A DNA stretch of 50,645 nt, from contig CAYZFJ010000003.1 in the NCBI GenBank assembly GCA_964477705.1, positions 1 to 50,645 of the forward strand, written 5' to 3'. The position numbers and the translations under genes were made by a program. Numbering within the stretch: position 1 is the stretch's first letter; each line of letters begins with the position of its first letter. The DNA comes from an uncultured Myxococcia bacterium (GTDB lineage Bacteria > Myxococcota_A > JAVEVO01 > CAYZFJ01). The notes below the pieces were generated by a model that was not told the origin of the DNA, did no database searches, and worked only from the letters and a program-made list of their open reading frames with translations. Shown one piece after another: positions 45,856-50,645 of this stretch.

Positions 45856-47655
45856 TCAGTTACCCTCCTGCTCCTGATTCTGATTCCGGTCCTTGGTCTG
45901 CTCCAGGTCTGACTCTCCTGACCCTGGGGAGCTCTCCATGCCGCTCTCATCTGGAGTGGCCATCAGCCGATTGGTGAAGGTGGGAACCTTGGTTCGATAA
46001 GCATCCCTGATTTTCTGGCGCTTGCTTCTCCTGACTGCATATCGGATCATACCGAAGAAGATGAATGCCAGTGGCAGCCCGATGATGTTCACATACTTGA
46101 GCTTGTCCTGGGTCTCGCCATCTACAGGTTCTAACTGCCTGGTGAGCTGTCTGGACCTGATGCTGATCAGATCCTCATCGGCGACCAGCCAGTCTACGAG
46201 ATTCTTAAGGAATGTGATTGATTCCATCTGTAAACGGTTGGATTGAATCAGAAACTCTCCATTGGACATTACAAACAGTCTGTTGGGTGGACTCTTCTCA
46301 ATCCGCTGCCGGCTCGCATCCTCTGGCCGCAGTGAAGGTACCTCGTTATCCATTGCAGTGCTTCCGGGGGCGGGGATGTTCCGGCCTTTAAAAGCACTTT
46401 CGAAGGAACCCGTAAGGGTGGCTGCAATAGTGAAGGGCCCGGCGGTTTCGCCATCCTGTTCCTTAAACAGCTCCTCAGGGGTTAAATCCTGAATGTTGCT
46501 GCGGGACCGACTGTTAGCGCCAGATTTAATCAACTCAGTGGTGGTAATCCCTGCCGCTTCTAACTGCTCAGTCTTAAGCATGAGGGGGCTGGAGAAGGGC
46601 AGAGCCAGGGCTCCCAGGTCCCGCACGATGATATGATCAGAGTCCAAATCTCGTGCAATGATGGCCACCGGGTTGTTAGCGATGGCCAGGCCTTCCTGGG
46701 TGGGAATAAGCATCTGGGTGCTGTCAACCCGGTCCAGGATTAAATCCCTCTTCAGGTCAACACCATACTTGGCCAGCAGGGACTCCATGCCGGAGACTAC
46801 CGCATTCGCCCTGGGCAGCGGGAATCGCCTGTCCTGAGTGTTGGTGGAGATCATGAAAGCCACGGGCTTTCCTTGCATGATGAAATCATCGATCTCGAAT
46901 TTAGCCCTCTCGCTCACCATCTTGGTGGGGTTGAGGACTACCAGTGCATCGATGTCATCGGGAATCATGGTCCCATCATCCACATTAATCGGGCGGATGT
47001 CATACAGATCACCCAGGAGTTCCCTGTGCTGGAATGCCTCTATCACCCCTTCCATGTCGACAAGTTCGCCGTGCCCACCTAAAAAGCCGATGGCTTTTTT
47101 CCTGTAGTCGCTGGTTACCTTCCTGATGGCGTTGGAGAACTCATACTCCATATTGTCCCACGGCTTGAGCTGGGGGATGACCTCCTGCCGGTCCTCGTAA
47201 ACAAAAGCGATGCCAGAATAGACGTTCTTCATCTCGATAGCCGTCTTACCGGTGAACTGCATGGGAGTCGGATGGATGCCGAACCCTGAGGCTTCGTCGC
47301 TGATGTCGTCGTTGACGCCGGGGCTCTTAATCTGGATGTCCATATTGTTGCCGGCATATGCCCGGTAGTCGTCAAGCAGGTCTTTTACTCTCTGCTTGAG
47401 GGTGTGGTAGGGGGGCTGCAAATCTTCAGAGAAGTAGGCCTTAATCACCAGGGGCTTGTTCAGGTTCTGAACCATGCTCTTACTGGCTGCACTCAGGGAA
47501 TACTGCTTATCTTCGGTCAGGTCGAGCCGCCCAAAGAAATTATTAGACATGATGTTAATCAGAATTAAAACACCGAGAACCGAACCCACATATATCAGAG
47601 TATTAGCGGCGGAACGGCTCTTCTTTCCGGCGAGTTTGTTCATGTTGTCTGCCAT
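45856..47655 (-). CDS. GldG-like ABC transporter auxiliary protein (ABC_transp_aux)
   Basis: 599 aa with N- and C-terminal TM anchors. FFGRLDLTEDKQYSLS..., GGHGE and a large periplasmic domain are typical of GldG. Confidence 0.75.
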   Translation of the reverse strand: MADNMNKLAGKKSRSAANTLIYVGSVLGVLILINIMSNNFFGRLDLTEDKQYSLSAASKSMVQNLNKPLVIKAYFSEDLQPPYHTLKQRVKDLLDDYRAYAGNNMDIQIKSPGVNDDISDEASGFGIHPTPMQFTGKTAIEMKNVYSGIAFVYEDRQEVIPQLKPWDNMEYEFSNAIRKVTSDYRKKAIGFLGGHGELVDMEGVIEAFQHRELLGDLYDIRPINVDDGTMIPDDIDALVVLNPTKMVSERAKFEIDDFIMQGKPVAFMISTNTQDRRFPLPRANAVVSGMESLLAKYGVDLKRDLILDRVDSTQMLIPTQEGLAIANNPVAIIARDLDSDHIIVRDLGALALPFSSPLMLKTEQLEAAGITTTELIKSGANSRSRSNIQDLTPEELFKEQDGETAGPFTIAATLTGSFESAFKGRNIPAPGSTAMDNEVPSLRPEDASRQRIEKSPPNRLFVMSNGEFLIQSNRLQMESITFLKNLVDWLVADEDLISIRSRQLTRQLEPVDGETQDKLKYVNIIGLPLAFIFFGMIRYAVRRSKRQKIRDAYRTKVPTFTNRLMATPDESGMESSPGSGESDLEQTKDRNQNQEQEGN

Positions 47656-47675
47656 CGTGAATTCCTCCGCTCAAA

Positions 47676-48401
47676 TTAAGCTGTTGCCCATTTTCTGCTC
47701 ATCAGAGACTGGGTCGCTACGAAGAGACAGAATCCAATCACTGAAAGGAAATAAACCACATTTCTGGTGTCGATAACCCCGCGGCCCAGGGCGCTGAAGT
47801 GGTAGTCGAAGGAGAGGAACTCCAGCACCCCGGCTATCGAATGGGAGAAGTAGGGCAAAATCTTGTTCAGGATAATGGTGAAGAAGCAGATCAGGAACGC
47901 GACTATGAAAGCGGCGATCTGATTTTTTGTCCATGAAGAAACCATTATCCCAATGGCTGCAAATGCCCCGCTCAGTAGAAGCATGCCCAGATAGCCGCCC
48001 GCAATCATGCCCCAGTCCGGGTTACCCACTATGGCCACTGTGATTGGATAGGTGATGGTAAGACAGAGGGCAATGATGATCAGACCCATGGCTGCAAGGT
48101 ATTTGCCCATGATGATCTGGTGATCTTTTATTGGCATGGTGCTGAGCAGTTCAATGGTGCCATTGCGTTTCTCTTCTGCGAGGAGGCGCATGGTAATGGC
48201 AGGTGCAAAAATCATGTAAAAGAATGGACCGGTTCCAAAGAACGCTCGCAGCGAGGCTTCCTGAGCACCCCGGGGGTCAAACAGGGCACTGAAAAAGAAG
48301 AAGCCGGATAAAAGTAGATATACAACTATTACTATGTAGGCAACCGGGGAATTGAAATATGCCGCCAATTCCCTTTTGAAAATCGCCCAAATGTTTTTCA
48401 T
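47676..48401 (-). CDS. ABC-2 type permease, GldF-like
   Basis: 241 aa, 6 TM, MKNIWAIFKRELAAYFNSPVAYIV.... Confidence 0.8.
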   Translation of the reverse strand: MKNIWAIFKRELAAYFNSPVAYIVIVVYLLLSGFFFFSALFDPRGAQEASLRAFFGTGPFFYMIFAPAITMRLLAEEKRNGTIELLSTMPIKDHQIIMGKYLAAMGLIIIALCLTITYPITVAIVGNPDWGMIAGGYLGMLLLSGAFAAIGIMVSSWTKNQIAAFIVAFLICFFTIILNKILPYFSHSIAGVLEFLSFDYHFSALGRGVIDTRNVVYFLSVIGFCLFVATQSLMSRKWATA

Positions 48402-48534
48402 GTGAAAGCTCCTTGTTCTTGTTCAGAAACAAAGCATTAACTAAATTGCCTGAACTCACCCAGACCCACCAAACCTGATCATGACAGGAGCAGCCGTCGT
48501 CCATGGCGGCAGACGGTCTACTGTGTTCCCATAG

Positions 48535-49476
48535 TCAGTTGTTGATGGTCAACCTGCGGAATACATCTTCCAGTACCATCTCTTCTCTGCGGAGCTCCAT
48601 CAGAACCCACTTTCTGTCAACGGAGATATGGAAGAGGCTCTCCCTTATATCTGTGTCGGATGCTGTCTCCAGGGCGAATCCAACGACTCCGTCAGGCTCT
48701 CCAGGGGCGGGTTTTATCCCTTTAACCCCGGGGATTGTGGCGAGAATCTGTTCGAAATTATCGGTTTCGGTCCCCTTAGTTTTGAGCTTGATGTGCACCT
48801 TGCCAGTGTCGCCGCTGTGTCTGAGGTCGTCCAAAGCACCATCGGCAACTATGTGGCCCTCATTGATGATCACCGCCCTGGTGCAGGTGGCTTCCACTTC
48901 GGGCAGGATATGGGTGGAGAGGATCACCGTCTTTTCTTTGCCGATCTCCTTAATGAGATCCCTGATTTCTACAATCTGGTTTGGGTCCAGGCCGCTTGTG
49001 GGCTCGTCCAGCACCAGAATCTCTGGTTCGTGGATTAACGCCTGGGCCAGGCCGACCCGCTGGCGATAACCTTTCGAGAGCTCTCCGATAGGGCGCCCAA
49101 CCACCATTCCCAGTCCACATATGTCGACAACATGGTTCATTCTAGCTTGACGGCTGCTCTTGGGGATCTGACGAACCTGAGCAATCCAGGAGAGGTATTC
49201 GGCTACGATCATGTCCTGGTATAAAGGAGCGTTTTCAGGCAAATATCCGATCAGCTTCTTCACCTGGAGAGGTTCTTCCTCCACATTGTGCCCAGCGATC
49301 TTGACGCTTCCCCGGGTGGGGTTGATGTAGCAGGTGATGATCTTCATCATGGTGGTCTTGCCGGCGCCATTTGGCCCCAGGAACCCCAGGACCTCTCCCC
49401 GGTTCACATGGAACGACAGGGAGTTAAGCGCCCTCTGCTGACCGTAAAATTTAGTTACGCGGTCCACAGCTATCAT
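48535..49476 (-). CDS. ABC transporter ATP-binding protein, GldA-like
   Basis: Walker A GPNGAGKTT, signature LSKGYRQR, Walker B ILVLDEPTSGLD, H-loop STH. Confidence 0.93.
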   Translation of the reverse strand: MIAVDRVTKFYGQQRALNSLSFHVNRGEVLGFLGPNGAGKTTMMKIITCYINPTRGSVKIAGHNVEEEPLQVKKLIGYLPENAPLYQDMIVAEYLSWIAQVRQIPKSSRQARMNHVVDICGLGMVVGRPIGELSKGYRQRVGLAQALIHEPEILVLDEPTSGLDPNQIVEIRDLIKEIGKEKTVILSTHILPEVEATCTRAVIINEGHIVADGALDDLRHSGDTGKVHIKLKTKGTETDNFEQILATIPGVKGIKPAPGEPDGVVGFALETASDTDIRESLFHISVDRKWVLMELRREEMVLEDVFRRLTINN

Positions 49477-49678
49477 CAGTATTCCCTTCCTTTCCGGCCT
49501 AATTCTCTTCTGGAGCCGGCTCCTGGATAAAAATTACTGAAATGGAATTAATGAATGCTCTCAATAACACCTTGAGGTTGATGGAGCTTGTACGTTTTAA
49601 GCCGATAAACACAAGCCCTTTTGCTGGTATTCCCAGATGAAGGTAGGAAAAGGTTAAAAAAAGACTCTTGAAACAGGC

Positions 49679-50119
49679 TTAGTTGTCTGTGCCGGACCTG
49701 GTGGTCATACTCTCCCGGTGACGCTTCAGACGCCGGCGTTCGGCGATCACCCTCCGCACTTTGAAGTCCAGCTCACTGAATGTGAATGGTTTGTCTATCC
49801 TGTCATCGGCACCGAACAGCTCTGCGGTCAATTCCGTGAGATTCTGACCGATGGCGGTTAAGATGATCACTCCCGTATCCACGAATTCCGGGTTGCTTTT
49901 TATCAGTTTACAGACTTCCCAGCCGTTCATTCTTGGCATCATTACATCCAAGATGATCAGGTCAGGCTTATGCTCCCTGGCTGTGTTAAGGGCAGTCAGG
50001 CCATCCCTGGCGGTCAGTATTCGACAGTGGTAATCTTGAAAGTGTTCTTCAAGCATTTCCAGGATTTCAGAGTCATCGTCGGCTATCAGAATAAGAGGCG
50101 GGCTGGCGTTGGCGTTCAT
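49679..50119 (-). CDS. Single-domain response regulator (CheY-like receiver)
   Basis: LILIADDDSEI..., phospho-acceptor context DLIILDVMMPRMNG, ILTA, K(P)F. No output domain. Confidence 0.9.
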   Translation of the reverse strand: MNANASPPLILIADDDSEILEMLEEHFQDYHCRILTARDGLTALNTAREHKPDLIILDVMMPRMNGWEVCKLIKSNPEFVDTGVIILTAIGQNLTELTAELFGADDRIDKPFTFSELDFKVRRVIAERRRLKRHRESMTTRSGTDN

Positions 50120-50428
50120 TGAAGAAAGACCTCAACAAAATTGATGACTGACGGTTGGGCACAGGAGTGTTGGAGTACAACCGTTCTATTATGCATGAAT
50201 ATATGCAATCGCTTTATTTGCAAGCAATTGCGTATTTGCCCCATAATTGGTAACCCTGCAAGTAAAAGAATAGCCACTCTCTTAACTCCGCTGGTCCGTT
50301 GACCCTTGGCGGAGGCGAACTCTTTCGGGGTGCTTGTTGTAATGGCCTGAGGCTATATCGCAAGCAATATCTACAGAATTCACAGGACTGCAATAATTAT
50401 GATTTCTTTTTGCGACTTTTTCGCTTTT

Positions 50429-50645
50429 ATGCGCGTTCTTTCGGTCTTTGTTGGCCGTGGGGGGCGACTCGGTCCCCGATCTTATCCCCTCCCTCTTTTT
50501 ATTCCCTCATTTGTCACCATCTGCTGTTGCCTGGCTTCTTGTGCAACTGCTCCAGAGAAGGCGGATCAACTACTGGAGAAAGGGGATCGGGCAGGGGCCA
50601 GGATGGCTTTACGGGAGATGGTTGATTCCTGCTTGGATGCGGGGG
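50429..50645 (+). CDS. Putative lipoprotein, 3'-truncated by window edge (not in the ORF track)
   Basis: Hand translation gives MRVLSVFVGRGGRLGPRSYPLPLFIPSFVTICCCLASCATAPEKADQLLEKGDRAGARMALREMVDSCLDAG, open to the window end, with the LASC lipobox. I prefer it over the compositionally odd 50299-50625 ORF in another frame. Confidence 0.35.
   Translation, partial: MRVLSVFVGRGGRLGPRSYPLPLFIPSFVTICCCLASCATAPEKADQLLEKGDRAGARMALREMVDSCLDAG

Noticed and set aside
44968-45912. A 314-aa plus-strand ORF antisense to the DUF4340-like gene. There are similar Pro-rich plus-strand ORFs at 38034-39473 opposite the Gly-rich lipoprotein.
   Set aside because: These are mirror-frame artefacts (Ser/Leu/Pro-rich) of genes with better coding signatures on the other strand.
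50299-50625. The 108-aa ORF from the track near the 3' end.
   Set aside because: Its composition is odd (Cys/Gly/Phe/Arg-rich) and it has no RBS. An overlapping frame starting at 50429 encodes a plausible lipoprotein signal with a lipobox and runs open to the window edge.

Overview
The window appears to come from a diderm (Gram-negative type) bacterium. I cannot place the lineage from sequence alone. Several envelope proteins (AgmX/PglI-type TonB-like tail, Cys-rich CGxCG repeats, TSP3-OmpA, GldG/DUF4340) are reminiscent of Myxococcota/Bdellovibrionota-like or FCB-like organisms. Layout: (1) 1-17.3 kb, + strand: the 3' part of fusA, then a nearly complete S10-spc-alpha ribosomal supercluster (rpsJ to rplQ, including secY, adk, map, infA, rpmJ, rpoA), closed by a clear intrinsic terminator. 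rplC (L3) is missing from its conserved slot between rpsJ and rplD, and several intra-operon spacers are unusually long and structured. (2) 17.4-23.3 kb: a TonB-dependent-receptor-like protein, a DUF2795-like protein, glnB-glnA (- strand) and ttcA. (3) 23.4-28.3 kb: four cell-envelope genes (TonB_C/AgmX-like, DUF4398-like lipoprotein, TSP3-repeat OmpA lipoprotein, TPR plus low-complexity plus beta-barrel protein). (4) 28.6-36.9 kb: two giant ORFs. One is a polytopic membrane protein with an LtaS/EptA-type (Thr nucleophile) sulfatase-fold domain, HEAT repeats and a CBM-like tail. The other is a 1413-aa protein joining an unknown N-domain, a PPDK-type ATP-grasp, a phospho-His swivel domain and a complete phosphoglycerate-kinase fold. 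I do not recognise that architecture, and it is my top candidate for something undescribed. (5) 37-50.6 kb: an overlapping ASCH-HPF pair, a 955-aa Cys-repeat/EGF/Gly-rich lipoprotein (-), a small acidic zinc-ribbon protein, an amidase plus NPPY methyltransferase (-), rpsU, a GldA/F/G-like ABC system plus DUF4340 (-), a single-domain response regulator (-), and a partial lipoprotein at the 3' edge. I recognised no rRNA, tRNA, CRISPR array, transposase or integrase. All family calls rest on motif recognition by eye, with no database search. Motif-level coordinates may be off by 1-2 nt.
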